Source: Tricharina praecox
Taxonomy: Eukaryota
DNA: 64,000 nt
Reading direction: 5' to 3'
NCBI RefSeq assembly: GCF_024521635.1
Contig: NW_026250418.1
Location: 620,001-684,000, forward strand
Numbering within the stretch: position 1 is the stretch's first letter; every line of letters begins with the position of its first letter. This document shows positions 12,325-26,703 of this stretch, one piece after another. The notes beneath the pieces are model-generated. The model saw only the letters and a program-made list of their open reading frames with translations, was not told where the DNA came from and did no database searches. The position numbers and the translations under genes were made by a program.

Positions 12325-14853
12325 ATGTCGGGTCCTTCCAAGCTGCGCCGTTCCGCACGGTCGCGACTAAAGGTGGATTACACCAAAGGTCTCGGAGACG
12401 GCGATGACGATGACTACGCCGATTCCAGTCAGGTTGGTGATAGTGTCGCGCTGGCTGCTAAAACTGGATCCGCTACTCGCCGAACCATTGCTGCTAGTGC
12501 CAAAATGCAAAACCAGGATGTGAAAGTGGAGGGCGACGGAGATGAGGATTCGGACTATGCCCGGCGACCCAAGAAGAAACCGAAATTGGCTGTCGTCAAG
12601 CGCCAGAGGGTCATTCTCAGCTATGCAGAGAGGGTTGAGCTTAGGATGAAGACTACTTGCTTTATCTTCAATATCCCATACAGCACGTTCGACAAATGGC
12701 CTTTCTCTCTGAACCCGGAGCAGGACGGCGGCCCTTCCCTATCAACCATGCCGAACGAAGTCCTACTATTGATTTTTTCATTCAGTAGAAGTGATGATCT
12801 TCTTTCCCTCAGAAAGACATGCAAGCATTTCAGGGCACTACTTAGGCACGAGAGGTACGGAACCGTTGATATTTAGTCATCCTATTGGGGTAGACATACT
12901 GACAACCGTAGCATTTGGCGTGAATCGCGCCTGAACTACCTCCCTCCACTTCCCAGCGAGCTCCCAACGCCGCTGCCATTTGGTCTGACTGAAATCAAGT
13001 TGTACCTACTCTCATTCTCGAAGTCGTGTAGCCACTGCGGTCAAGTGGCGAAGCCGCAAGCAAGACCTCGAGTCTTCTACAACTGGGGCATGCGCGGCTG
13101 CAAGGTACGATTCACCGTTTTCTCGACTCTGAGTAGAACCTGATGTTGGACTAGGACTGCGTAAAGCAGTATACCATTTTACACAAGGACCTAATGGCCT
13201 TGCTTTCGAAGAAGTGCGGTTTCGATTTCCACGAACGAGAGGCGCTGGTCTCGACTCTGGAATCGCACGATCATTCCATGTGGAGGTACCGTGGCATCTT
13301 CTGGAAAGCTCAGGTTTATGAGCGCCTTGAGGATGCGGAGATTGAACTTGTGTCTGACAATTTCACCAAATGGGCAAAAGATAACAAAGTTCCTCACTCT
13401 GTGGAACAGTACCATGGCATGCTGGATAAGTGGCGTTGGAGAGCTGCGGATGCGATCATGCGCAACGAGATAGACTTTCACTGTCACAAACGTCGACAGA
13501 GACGTTTTCTTCTAATTGAGCTGTGTAAGGTGCGTTCCGCTAAATGTGCCCCATGCCCGTTAGTTGAGACACAAACCTAACTTCGAGATGCAGCGACTTC
13601 CCGAGCCAATTCCAGAACAGGCCCTGCCCTTCCTCAATCGCTTTATGATTCTCCTCTATCGCAACACAGAACTCCAGAAATCCGAGTTCATTGAAGCTCT
13701 TCCATTCTTGCTGAAGGAATGGGCCTCTTACCGGGAGGAGCAGACGCAGGTGGCTCGTCTCGAGCGTATCTGGAGAATCCAATTGCAGTACTTCATCGAA
13801 GAAACCGCCGGGAAAATCTTGGCTGATCTTCACATCAAGGGAGACATCGATCCCATCACCTGGCGTCAGATCCTCATCAGGACGATTACGAAGGCCGCGA
13901 ATGTAAAACCCCGTTACAGAATGCCAAAGGATGCGAGTGACAAGTACACCAAGATATTTAAGGATTGGAAGCTAAAAAACAAGCTCGGAGGGAGAGAACT
14001 GGGAAAACTCGATAAAGCTCTTACCCAACCAATTTACTCCGGAATCGAATTCTTCAAGCAGGTGCCCGAATCTGCCGACGATCGTGCCTCAGAAAACAGG
14101 GAAATAGTGCTTCCCCGTACGATCTACGAATTCTTCGAGCGCGGAAACGATCGTGTATTTGCGTGTCCGTATCGCTGGGGCCATCGCAAGACAGACCATA
14201 TTTGCAATCACGCGACTCCGATGACTTTACTGGAATTAGTCGAGCATTGTGCGGCAAAGCACTCGGCGAACTGGAACGATAAGAAAGAGACTACCTGGGA
14301 ACGTATTATGGATCACCTAGTTTTGCATCCTAATTTTGGTGGAGAGATCTACTGTTTCCTCGGACCTGTCGGCTCCGTGTTCCCCACCGGATCCCACGAC
14401 GGATTCCGCTGCTATCCCTCGTCTCTGCGTTCTACAGACCCGCAGGGGCCCATTTCGGTGATGGTGGTCGCCAAAAAGTCAGGAATCGTTGGATACCTCA
14501 TCAATGCATCGTCTGAGCGGGTAACCTCAGGGCCCTGTTGCTGCAAGCCACCACGGTACCCGGCAATCAATCTAGATACGACTGGCAAGGACATTTCTGG
14601 CATGGATTTTCAGGTTGCCGTCGCAAGCAATGCTGAATCTAACCAGAAGCACCGCAAAGCCAGTATCGAAACCTTTGGACGTCGCAGTGAAGTCTTTTCC
14701 CGACATCCATCAGCATGTATTAGTTTCAATGCACAGCACATGACCCTCAAGGGGACTTATGTCAGGCTCAAGATCACCTTCGGAGATAAATCAAAGAAGC
14801 TCGATGCGTGGCTCAAGTCTGTTCCAACGCAGCCGGCGACCCTCACCGATTAG
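12325..14853 (+). CDS. F-box domain protein with CxxC..CxxC Zn-binding motif (4 exons)
   Basis: F-box LSTMPNEVLLLIFSFSRSDDLLSLRKTCKHFRALL|SIWRESR; CSHCG...WGMRGCK|DC; N-terminal basic NLS-like RRPKKKPK. Introns at ~12854-12911, ~13105-13154 and ~13530-13593 keep the frame. Confidence 0.8.
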
Positions 14854-16495
14854 ACAGCGCTTCTTAGCAGCGTGCTCAATTCCTCCTTCGCCTTTTTCGG
14901 CATTTTTTTCGGACATTTTTACCCTAGAGAAGAACCAGTGGTTCTGGATGGACGATTTGCTGCTTTTTTTCCCTCCTCCCATCCCTCCTTAGTCTACTTT
15001 TCAGATAGACTCGATTGAACTGGGTGTGGCACAACTAGACGGGGGATGGAATACTTTACCGATGCGATACTAATTGTTGTTTTTCCAGCTCTCTTGTTTC
15101 TTTTGCTGACAGTACATTTTACACCTTTTAGGCGGATTGTTTGAGATTTATGGACGGTTGATTTGATTTGTTGGACGGCGCCTTAATTTCCTGGATTGTT
15201 TGAACATTGTTTTGAGGACTTGATTTGCTGATTTGTTTGAAAGGCGTTGAAGAAGAAAACGGGGGGGGGGGGGTGATACTTTACTTTTACTTGTGGTGTT
15301 TAGTGTGCGGAAATGTTTGCGTTGTTTGTCATTGCAATTGGGGTTTGTGTGCGCACTCACTGAGTGGTTTCGATTTGCTCCCCGTGCAAAGGGAGGAAAG
15401 GTCGGTCATTGCAGCATGGTTAGGTGTGCAAAAGCGAGATTTGTTTTTGTTTTGTCATTCTGAATTCAACCTATTCTTACCACCATCAGGCACAAAACCA
15501 CCGCGTGAAGTTTATGCACTAGGATACCGGAGCCATTCGAACACACGAAGCCGCTCAACGTCACGAAACAGCAGAGATATCATGAAGCCAGCCGAGTGAC
15601 CACTCATGTAGGCACCTCTTCGTCGAGTGATTTCTGTGAATACCACATTCCAGGTGGAATTGCGGATATGCCGAGATTTTGACTGCATCGACGTGCTTTT
15701 CGGCTGAGCTCGCCGGTACGAGCGATATGGGTCGGGTATGGAAGCTCGGATGGGAGCTTTGGGAAAGTTGGCGATCACTGTGGCTGAGAAATAATGTTGT
15801 CGAGACGCGGAGGGCAAGAGCCTCTCGCTGTTCTAGCGGGCATGTAGGTACCCGGGGGGTGGGTAGACCTGAAATATTAAATGATGCCTAGCCGGTCTTT
15901 ATCTCTACAGCACTGTTGGTGGTAGTGGAACGATAGCTCGGGGGACAAATGTGCGTGCTTGAAAACTCAACCTCGCGATGACCGAGCTTTACGCGGAGCA
16001 TCTCTCTTCCCGTGACCGATGGAAGTTGAATGGCCCGATATATCAATCTTGTGACTAGAGCAAAGAACTAAAGTTCAGAGTAGGTATTAGGCCTACAGTC
16101 TCTCGAGCATTATCCGTCCGGATCCCATCTTTAAGCTCGGGAGCAGTTTGTCAAGATGTTCCAATATCTGATAAGGCAGTAAGGCATCACTTCAAGCACT
16201 TACGCGCTCCGTACATCCCTTGAGCTTGCCCGGCTCTCCTAAACATTTGACGACTAGCTATAGGTGCGGATGGCCGTACCTGCAATAACCATATCACGAT
16301 GGTTTGTTAGTCTCACTAGCGCCAACGGCATTACTAGAGCCGTATCATAATAATATACTTTACCGAAGGTTACCTCTCCGGTGAAGTTGGTTTTATTGCC
16401 TGAGCTCGGATCAAGAGATGCCGTGAGCATGTGAGAAGAAAGGTTTTGAAGGAGAGCTCGAGCTTCCTCCCCAGAAGGCGGTTTCACGCCCAAAG

Positions 16496-19374
16496 ATGCT
16501 GATCCCTGTCGTCGATCGCGCTCCTGCACCGCACTCATCATCACCACCACCATCAACGCGCCCGTCAGCGTCAACTTGGCGTCTCCGCCTGTACCGCATC
16601 CAGAAGCCGCAACAACAAAGACAACAGCCCCGACAGCTCAGTACGGCTGCTAATGCATGTTCTGTTCGTGGGGAATTTCTTCAACAGCTTTGTTTGCGCG
16701 ACAAGATGGTGCCCGGTGATCGAGGGCTCGGGATCGAGCTTGGAGGAGGAGCAGGAGGAGTAGGAGGAGGAGACGGGAGGGGGAGAGTCGGACACGTTTA
16801 CCCAACACCACCGCCAGAGGACAGGCTGTCCGAATTGCGGCAAACATCAGGGCCCGGCGACGATAGTGGGATGGCTTGGGAGGGCGAGGGGCAGAACAAG
16901 GAAGCGGAGAAAGAGGACATGGTGGCCGTGGGTAAAGTGCTGAAGCTGTCTCACGAGCAGTTAGGCGAGCTTCTACCCTTGGATACCACCTCGACGCCGT
17001 TCGTTTTGCAGCCATCGTCTTCGTCTTCCTCTCCAGCTCGCCGCGCGAGATCGAGCACCCTTACGAATACCGGGACTGGGCCTGCGAGACCGTTGGTCGC
17101 GGGAAGGACGTTGTCTACACCGCCTACCTCAAGGAGAGTTGTGACCACGCCAGCGAGAAATCCGAATACGACCTCATCCAGGAGGAGAGAGAGTGGCAGC
17201 AGGGACAGAGGCATGATTACACCGAAACGAAAAAACTCTGGTTCCACTACGAGCACGGCTACGAGCACGACAGTGGTACACAATTATGGCGGCGGGGATG
17301 CGAGCTATGATACCCCGGGAGGCAGTGACGTCGACAAGGTGAACGGCAGTCGTCGGGAAGGCAGTCAACCGACTTCGACATCGACAACAATAACTACACC
17401 GTCGGCACTCCCGCCGCTGCCTTTCCAGAGCTACCTCTCATTAGCGCTGTCATCGCCGACTTCTGCAAGTTTCCCCGACACGCCGAGTACCAACGATGAT
17501 GCATCTACACAGAGAGCAGGGCCGGTGTACGGAAAGCCGCCGCACCACTCTGATGATTCGGCAGAAATTGCGATGGAGCGTATCATGAACTTTTTTCTCC
17601 TTCCGCCGAAGCTGGAGGCTGCATTGGTGTTCGGCGTCTTCGCATGCCTGGACAGCTGGCTTTACATATTCACCATCCTGCCACTGCGATTTTTGAAGGC
17701 TATCGGCGTGTTGATGGGATACTGGAGGATGCGAGTATGGAATTACTTTAACTACGATGGCAACAAGTTGCGAAAGAAGTCTAGGAAAGATGGTGAAGCC
17801 GAAACGCCCGAGAAGCGGCGAGAGCGTAAGAAACGTAAAGAAACCAACGTGAGCGGGTTGAACCCAAATCATAAGGCAGATATCTTGAGGGGTATGATTC
17901 TATTTACCAGCTGCTGGTTCTTGATGCGGTTCGATGCTAGTCAGATGTACCATTCGATCCGCGGGCAGAGTGGCATCAAATTATATGTCATTTACAACAT
18001 GCTCGATGTAAGTTCCGGCATAGGCTTCGACTCTTTGATAGATGCTCACGGGTGGCCTAGTTTGCGGACAAATTATGTGCTGCCCTCGGACAAGACATCT
18101 TCGATGTGCTTTTCTCTCGAGAAGTGCTCGACCGGCGTCCCGACGGCCACAGCAAGATCTGGCGGCCCATCGCGTTCTTTTTGCTCGCATTGGCCTACAA
18201 TAGTTGGTACCCAATCCGGAGAATCAACTCCCTTACTGACCTTTATTAGTTGCTCACTCACTCGTACTTTTTTATCAAGTGATCACCCTCAACGTCGCCG
18301 TTAACTCTTACTCCAATGCGCTTGTGACGCTGCTGCTATCTGTGCAATTTGTCGAGATCAAATCCACCGTTTTCAAGAAGTTCGAGAAGGAGAACCTGTT
18401 TCAGCTCCTCTGTGCCGACATCGTCGAGCGGTTCCAGTTGATACTGATGCTCGTCATCATCGCTACACGGAACTTGGTAGAGCTGGGGGTGTGGTCCCTT
18501 TCGCCGTCTCCCAGCGGCGGAGTCCTCCCGAAAAGCTTCACGTTCTTCCCCAAGTGGACTGGAGAAATCATGGGTCCATTTTTTATGGTGATTGGGTCCG
18601 AGATGATCGTCGACTGGCTCAAACACGCCTACATCACAAAGTTCAACAACATCAGGCCAGTGCTATACGAGCGCTTCCTGGACGTGCAATGCAAAGACTA
18701 CTACTCCCGCGTACGTAGCATCATCCCCCGGTCTCTCCCTCCATCAACTAACAATCGCACAGGCATTCACGGACCAAAACCTAACCAAGCGGATCGGCCT
18801 CCCCGTGATCCCGCTGGCCTGCCTGTTCATCCGCGCCACAATCCAAACCTACCACATGTTCTTAGCCACACACGTTCCGTCGCCGCTGCCCAGCACGTCC
18901 GCCACGACGTCTCTCAGCGAGAACCTCGCGACCTCGGAGACCTCCGCGGCACTAGCTAGCATCGACACGATCCTGCGGCGGGCGCTCTCGCGCTCTGACG
19001 CCTCAGCCTCCACGCTCTTCGACGACTTTGTCGCCGCCGCAACAATGGCGTTCTTCCTGCTCGCGTGCTTCCTCATCTTCCTCGCCGTCAAGCTGCTGCT
19101 GGGGATCACGCTGCTCGGCATCGCCCGCAGCCGCTATCGGGGCCTCAAGGAGCGCGAGCGGATGTGGACGCATACCGGCGCCCATAGGAGTAGTGCCTTC
19201 GGCACTACTACTATCACTGCCGAGAATAGGGCTATCATATATGGTGGTAATCCGGATGAGGAATTGAAGGTGGCGGAAATGGTCCGTAAAGGACGCGAGA
19301 AGGAGATGCGCGTAGAGATGGACTCCCTCGAGGGCGTCACCAGGTATAAAATGTGTGCTAAGAGGATCTGGTAG
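16496..19374 (+). CDS. EMP65: ER membrane protein 65 / TAPT1 (DUF747) family protein
   Basis: ERIMNFFLLPPKLE, CLDSWLYIFTILPLR, MYHSIRGQSGIKLYVIYNMLD, YQVITLNVAVNSYSNALVTLLLSVQFVEIKSTVFKKFEKENLFQ, VDWLKHAYITKFN, C-terminal RYKMCAKRIW. Three introns (~18008-18060, ~18203-18249, ~18711-18762). The start codon is uncertain and may be ~16706. Confidence 0.92.
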
Positions 19375-22239
19375 TGTTGCTTTACGGTACTTTACTCGGC
19401 TTTACTCGACTTTGGGGCGGGCGGGCGTTGTGTGTTTTGTCGGTGTCTTTGTAGAGAGAATGAGAGAGAGAGGGAGAGAGAGGGAACACCGATTTATTGT
19501 CGCATACGGCGTGTCTAGACTATGGCAAATTGATGTCTTTGTACAATAGCGGAGAGACCGTGCTTGCAATGTGTACCGAGTGAGTATGAGTGTTTGACGA
19601 TGGCTGGAGAGTTAGGTAGAGGTTCAACTTAGCCGTCAGGATTCAGGAATTAGGATGATCTACGTAAGAGCCAGGAAATAGTTGAGCAATCCAATCTAAG
19701 CCCGGATTCTAAGTACATACCTGTTCCGAGCGCACCTGCGTTCCCCATCAATGTGTAGAGTGCTTGCTATCTATATCACAGCGACAACCCGGTTACCTAC
19801 CCGGGGTTTGAGTCTCGATGCCGGACGTAGAGTACCTATTACATAGTAGAGTAGAGTAGATGCGCAATCCAGCATGATACGGTAGGTACCGTACTATGTA
19901 GGTACGGTAGTGAGGAGGTAGGCACGGCGGTGGGGAGTTAGTGGGAAGGTACGGCGGTGGGGAGGAACCGGGCGAATGCAGTGATGATGATGACGATTAA
20001 ACAAAAAAGGAAACAAAAACAAAACAAAAAAAGAAACCAAATCCCGCATTCCCGCAGGCGCATGCGGTAGAGTGGCGGTAGCGTAGCGGCTTCGAACGTT
20101 GAAGAAGCATTCTACAGCCTAGTGGTGTGTGTGTAGACTACGTGTAGAGTATAGGCAGTTTACTCTATAACTATTTCCAAATATCGGCAGAATACATGAC
20201 ATGGCATCGCGAGTACGGTAATTATGGCAGCGGTTCACCGTTATCCTTCCATTCCACTCCCGGGTTCTTTCTTTTTTCCGTTCTTTTTTTACCCAGCGGG
20301 ACGTACGCAGCGCGAACCACGGGGCGGGTACGGTACATTCATGACGCTCGCCCACCCAGCGTTGCCCACCCAGCGTCGACTCTCACTCTCTACCTATGGT
20401 GCGGCCTACCTATCCAGCTGCGGGGTTTCGTGTTTCGTGTTTCGGGTTTCGGGGCTGTCGATCGGCGGCGTGTAGTTCCTCTAGAGTATTGTAGAGTACA
20501 CTGTAGGGCGTTGCCGCAGGCCCGCAGCGCCTGGGCGGAGGAGGCGTTTTGTTTCAGAGCTCGGGTACCGGGGAGTACTGCGTGGCCTGCGTGGCTTGCC
20601 AGGTGGCTTGGGTGGCTTGCGGGAGGGGGGCCCGGGGCGGGAGATCGAAATACATCATACATACTGTACATGCATTGCCGGTATTCGTGGACGATGCGCG
20701 GGAGTCGTTGGGACTCGGGGATTCGGAGGTGAGGAATCGTGTATTGTGTCGTGGGAGGATGGTCGGCGGCATATCTACCGTACTTACTGAGCTACTAAGC
20801 AGCCTGAATGTGCGGGAATTCAGACAGCAAATTCCCCCGATCCTCGTTGCCTGCAACTTCCCGCTTCATTGCTCTCGTGGTCTCGTTATGATTCGCCGTT
20901 TGGCCAGTGAGCCTTGAGGGGACTCGGGAGCACTGAACTTTGAACTTTGAACTTTGAACTTTGAAGCCTGGGAACGGTCCGGGTATGTCGGCGGGGTGCC
21001 GATACTAGGTACTTTTATACTCTATCATATTATCATAATCTCTCCTCATCTCTCATCTCTAGACTCCAGGGTAGTTATGGTACCTATCTCTACTCCATCT
21101 TGTCCACAGCTCCAAGATAGAAGGTCTCACACTGAGGTCATCTATCCACCTATCCACGCGTGCATGTGGTGCATTTCCACCCACCGAGCACCTACTAACG
21201 GAGAAACGCCATCTGCAGGGAATCTGCAGGGACATGAGCCAGGACTCCTGGCGACGTTAATTACTAGGGCGACGTGGGGAAGCGCCGCAAGGTACGCGAG
21301 CCGCTGATAGGCTGGCGGGGTTCAGGAATCGGGAGGGATGGCACGAAATAGTTACGCGGAATGGGCAGGCGTATGAGATTTGGGGGTTTGGGGGGTTTGA
21401 GGGGGTGGGAGTGGGTGGAGTGGGTGAGGCGATTGGTGACTGGAGACTGGAGGCTGGTGTGCGGGTCCTTGCGGTCACTCTCTGGTAGATTGATCGATTC
21501 GAGACGAGAGAGGAGAGAGAGTGCGCTCGCTTGGTGTGGTGATGGGACCGAGGAAAGGGAGGGAGGAGGGACTGCCTGCTGCTGATGTTGATGATGCTGC
21601 TTACACCCCCAAATCCCCGCCCCATGGTTGTGTGTGAAGTAGATTCATTCTTGTACATTGCATCCCACACTTGCTTTCACACTTGCTGGCTGGCTCTGGC
21701 TTTTTCGTTTCTTCCTTTGCTTGCCCTTTCCTTTCCTTTCCTCTTCCTTGCGTTTTCGTTTCTATCGCATCGCTGGTCGAAGTCAACGTTTCGGAGAAGT
21801 CGACATTCAACTCCCCCCACCGCCCCTCCCAGCTAGCGAGCGCCATTCACTCTCACCCCACACTCCCCACCACGTTCTATCGGCATCATCGTCGCTGGCC
21901 TTGGAGTGTCGCTCGGTCGATCTCAATCTCCGAATCGGATTGAATGGCGCTGGCTGGTTGATCCCAACAAAACACACCCTCCTTCCACCGTCGTGGACCA
22001 CCGCAACCCGGCGTAAACAATCACCACTTACTTTCCTTGAACGACGACAACATCGACACCAACTCGGCTCACTTTTCCTTTCGGTTATTTTCCTCCTTCT
22101 CTTCTCGACGGCGGACTGGTCCGCGGTTCCTCCCTTGACGGGCATTTGATTTCGCGACATACTCAGCGTACAGGATACCTAGGATATTCGGTGGTGAATC
22201 TACAAACCTCGCAACGGACCTCAACAAACATCCCCAACC

Positions 22240-24995
22240 ATGGGGTGCTTCGGGCGAAATCGCAAACAAGAGTTTGTGCTCGCCGAGCACAAATTCGCAT
22301 ACATCGTGCGTATACCCACTCCCGCGCCGGGCTGGGACAGGAGGAATGTGGGCTGACGGACGACAGAACATGAATGATTACACCAGCAAGAGCTTCATTA
22401 ATTATGTGGCCTATGGGTGGATTTATGTTGGCACGTTGGTTTCGGTGGCTTGCTATGCTGCGGACATGTAAGTTATACATGCGTGGGGAGGAGTCGCATC
22501 GCGCACGGATGATGGTCTATGCTCGATTGGCGAGATGTCGGCGTGCGCAACGGCTTTCTTTTTTTACTTTATTTTCTGACGAGTGTGAATGCGCAGCTAC
22601 ACGGCCGTTATCCTCCTCGCGTTCAACCGTTGGACCAACGATACCCTCGAGAAGAGTGGTATCATCGATTTCGATGTCGCCAGGATTGTGTTCTCGGTGT
22701 GTATATTCTTCTCGATTGTGCTGCTGGCCATCGATTGGTTCCGTGCGATTCGCGTCATTAAGAGCGATGGTGTCGCCGAGGCATATATGGACCTGATCGC
22801 GGTCGGGTTCAATTGCATTTGGGGTGGGAAGGGGAAGGAGGATACGGGCTGGAAACGGTTCCTCGTCTTCTCGAGGTTGACTAAGTCGAGAGGCGTGGTG
22901 GACTATCTCGCACTGTTTACATACTTCGCGTTCAAGGGCTGGGTGAGGATCATCTTCGCTGAGGGCCCGCGGGTCGTTATCAACGCCTTGACTTTCATCT
23001 CTGTTACCCAGGCGGATGTGATTGTCCACAGCGGTCAATGGGATGGTTGGGACAAGTTCGGCAAGAACGTCCAGGCGCTTTACGATGAGAACAAGCTTCA
23101 AGTGATGATCTTGGGGACCATGGCATTCACGAGTCTGTTCTGGGTCATGGCGGTTCTTCGGGTAGGATCTGATCTCCTAGAAAATAGGCACGAATCTTGC
23201 TGACCGATGCATCTAGCTTCTGCTTGCGGCGATAATCTATGTCGTCTACCTATGGCACACGATGACGGGAACTCAGAGTCTGAGCAAATACTGCAAGGAG
23301 CGCATTGACACGCGGATGGGCGAGATTGTCCAGAAGAAGCACGACAAGGCGATTCAGCGAGAAAAGAAACAGGGCACTGCATTCATCGCGCGACAGCCGA
23401 CAATACCCGTTCTTGCGCCAACTCGCAATCCCACCGTCGGGCGCGTAGTGGCATCGAATCCGATGAGCTCCAGTGCGAATCTGATACCGCGCTCCAACAC
23501 ATTGGTCTCGAATACGCCGCCCCCGAGCTACATGAGCCGAGAGCCGAAGCTTCCGTTCATTCAAGAATCGGGACCCGCACCGCCGGCTCGTGCTCTCACC
23601 CGTGGGCCTGGAAATGCTCCGGTTGGTGTTGTGCATCAGTCTGCTCCTTCGAGGTCTGGAACCATGCGGACACACATTAGTTATGAGTCGTCCGCCTCTT
23701 CGAGGGACTACCAGCAATCGGTAATCTCAGATCACCGGATGCAGCCACAGCAACCTTACTACGACCCTACAGTTGATTCTGGATACCTACCACAGCCAGT
23801 GGGGGGACAGAGACGCATGGAGGAACAGCACAGTGGGTATGCTGGTGACGGAGAGTACCACCAGCTGCAGCCCCTCCAGCCAGGACAGTCCGGAAGAAGT
23901 ACGTTCGTGATGGACAGGCTCGCCCGAAACAACACGGTTGGCGGAGGATACGACAACGGACAACCGCCGGTTCTTGCTGGCCAAGGTGGACGAGGCAGAT
24001 TTCCCATCCGCCCCCGAGAGCCTGTGGACCAACAGCTCGGTGGTTGGGGCGCACCACCGCCAGGACCCAGGAGGCAGACCGCTGGTCTGCAACAGATGTA
24101 CAGAGCACCGCAGCCTGGGCCCAGAAGCCAGACGGCGGGTCCTATGGAGGGGAGATACGGACTGCCACCACAAAATTTAGCGCCTCAGATGAGGGGATAT
24201 GGCGCGCCACCTCCTCGAAGTCGCACGGCAGGACCATCGGAAGGAGCATATGGCCCTCCTCCTGTAGGCAACACTGTGGTGGACAGAATGGATGGTGGAT
24301 ACGGTGGTGGTGCTCCCCCTCGCAGCCATACCGCAGCTCCCTCAGCTGGTGCCTATGATCCTCCTCTCAGAAGTCAGAGCACAGCACCGGCGGCCGGAGC
24401 ATACGGTCCTCCGCCTAGAAGTCATACCGCAGCACCAACAGCCGGAGCATACGGCCCTCCTCCTAGAAGCCGCACAGCTGCACCCAGAGATGACAGCTAT
24501 GCTCTTCCTCCAATAAACACAGCAGTCGGACTCGACGACGGCTTCCACACCCCTCCACCACCACCGATAAAAGACACCGGCTACACGACACCGCAAAGCG
24601 GCGTATCGAACTCCGATTACTCACCATCGCGCACCATGACCGCCGTTGCAATCGAGGGCGGCTACGGAACTCCACCACGCGGCCAACGCGAGTACAGCCG
24701 TGACAGCGGCCAGTCGTCACTGCGTGATCGCGAGGAGCAGCTCGCACAACCACTGTACGCGGGAAAACCGACTTTCCGTCCACCCCCACGCGAGCAGTCT
24801 AGGAGCCCGCCGGTTCAGGTTCAGGACTATGGGCTCGAGGAGTTTGGCCCGCCCAGAAGATCCAGAACTGCGCCGGTCGAGGGTGGTCTCGAGGCTCGCA
24901 ATACTACACCACCACCACCGAGATCAGAAACTGTACCCCCTCCTCCGCCCACTACGATGAGGGGAGGATTTGATGGGAATGGCGGTATGTTTTGA
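22240..24995 (+). CDS. KCH1: Kch1/Prm6-type low-affinity potassium transporter (vacuolar/plasma membrane) with long Pro/Gly-rich tail
   Basis: MGCFGR..AEHKFAYI|NMNDY..VSVACYAAD|IYTAVILLAFNRW, RFLVFSRLTKSRGVVDYLALFTYFAFKGWVRIIFAEGPRVVINALT, YCKERIDTRM, RQPTIP. Introns ~22306-22366, ~22468-22596 and ~23162-23217. Confidence 0.88.
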
Positions 24996-25398
24996 GTACC
25001 TATAATCTGAGTAATTATTGGTGCGGTAGAATATTGCTGTGATAAACGCATGATTGTGATTGATTGGCTTGGTTCTTGTACATATCTTCTGCGTCTGAAA
25101 GTGTTTTCTCGTTTGTTTATTTGCGGCCGCTGGAGTAGATTGGGTGTATTATCGGAGTCTTACTGCATGATGGGGAGGTGATGATTGATTTGGGTTGCCT
25201 GCTTGGTTACCTGCTTTTGAAGTTGCACGATAGCAAGTACGAGAATGAGAATGATTCGAGTTGTCGAGTACCGTAATAACGATAATGCGTGCGTAAGTAC
25301 ACAAAGCATCAAACAAAGCGAGCAAAAGCAAAAGCAAAAGCAGATCTATATCGACACGCCCCGGTGTCCTCCTTCCACCCGCCATCCACCGCACCAGA

Positions 25399-26162
25399 TC
25401 AGGTATGACTACTCAAGAACTGATTCAACTCCGTCTTGCCCAGCGGCTTTCCATGAGTACGATGCTTCTTACTCTCCTCAGTCTCCTGTAGCGAATCCGT
25501 ATCGCCCACCCACACATAAGTTCTACACTCAGTATTCGACCAGCCCGTTCCCGGAAAATCCCCCGTGCCCTTCCAATCCTCGGTGAGATAGTGCAGAAAC
25601 CCACCATGGAGCACGCAGACAACATTTTCCTCGGGCCTTTCCCTGAGCCACTTCCTCACCCACCGCGCACGCTCCGTCAGCGCGGCCGGATCCGGCCCCC
25701 AAAACCCCTTCTTGCTCGTCCACTCCGATGCGGCAGCTTCACACGCCGAAAAGTCGAGGACGGCGCGGGATCCGTGCGCCGTCCGCTTCAGCATTGGATC
25801 TGCCCGCAGGATGGGCACGTCGCTGCCTGTGTCGCAGGGGAGAGAGGAGGTCTCTTGTAGCTGTGGCAGCAAAAGCACCGGCACGCCGGAGTGGATCTGC
25901 GTGGGGAATCCGAGGAGGGTCGTTTGGATTGTGCGCTTGAGGGGAGAGCTGACGAGGAGGGATACTGGGGGGGAGGGGGGGAAGCGGTCCGGCAGGGTGA
26001 GGCATTGTGTCTCCCCTAGCGGAGTCAGGTATGGGTCCCGGATGTGGTAGCGCTCGTTTACGTTGTGTTCTGCTTGGCCGTGCTGAGGAGGGTTAGCTAC
26101 AGGGAGGAGTGAATGGGGGAGGCGGGACGAACGCGGATCAGGGTGACGATCTTGGGGGCCAT
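25399..26162 (-). CDS. Phosphoglycerate mutase-like histidine phosphatase
   Basis: MAPKIVTLIR|HGQAEHN (RHG motif split by an intron at ~26084-26132), DPYLTPLGETQC, VSSPLKRTIQT, LQETSSLPCDTGS, VLHGGFLHYLT, GWSNTECR. Confidence 0.92.
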
Positions 26163-26333
26163 TATGGATGGCGGTTGTGCTGGTGGTGCTGCTGCTGGTG
26201 GTTGTGATACGGTGGTGGAATGGGAAGGAGTGGATTGAAGTCGAGATAGAGGGGTGCCTGGATGGATGAATAGCCGTTGAGTCGAGTCAAGTCAAGTCGA
26301 GCAAACCGAGCCGAGCCGAGTTGCGGACCGTTT

Positions 26334-26341
26334 TGACGTCA
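26334..26341. promoter_or_regulatory. Perfect CRE/ATF palindrome TGACGTCA in the ~540-bp divergent promoter of the phosphatase and HECT genes
   Basis: Exact 8-bp bZIP site between head-to-head starts; function untested. Confidence 0.3.
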
Positions 26342-26703
26342 CTCCAAACGTGCGTACGATTACTCAACTCTATATGCGTACCGCCGGTGACTTGGTGAGA
26401 AGGTTTTCAATGGCAGCCAGCGCGGAGCTCTATGTAGAGTGGGATGGCGATGCCTTGCTTGCTGGAGGTTACACCGCCGTGTAACTAGAGTAATCTCACT
26501 AGAGTGGGTACCTCAAGATCCCTACCTCTGTCTCCGCCGTGCAGTGCAGCTTCGCCTGGCCTGGTGAGTCTAGTAGAGCACTATACACCACACTACATCA
26601 TCACCATCTCCATACTATCGCGCCCCTCCCCCACCACGACGACGAAGACGACGGCACTCTTCCACCCCGCCTCCGCCCCACCCCCACCGACGATACCCTA
26701 CAG

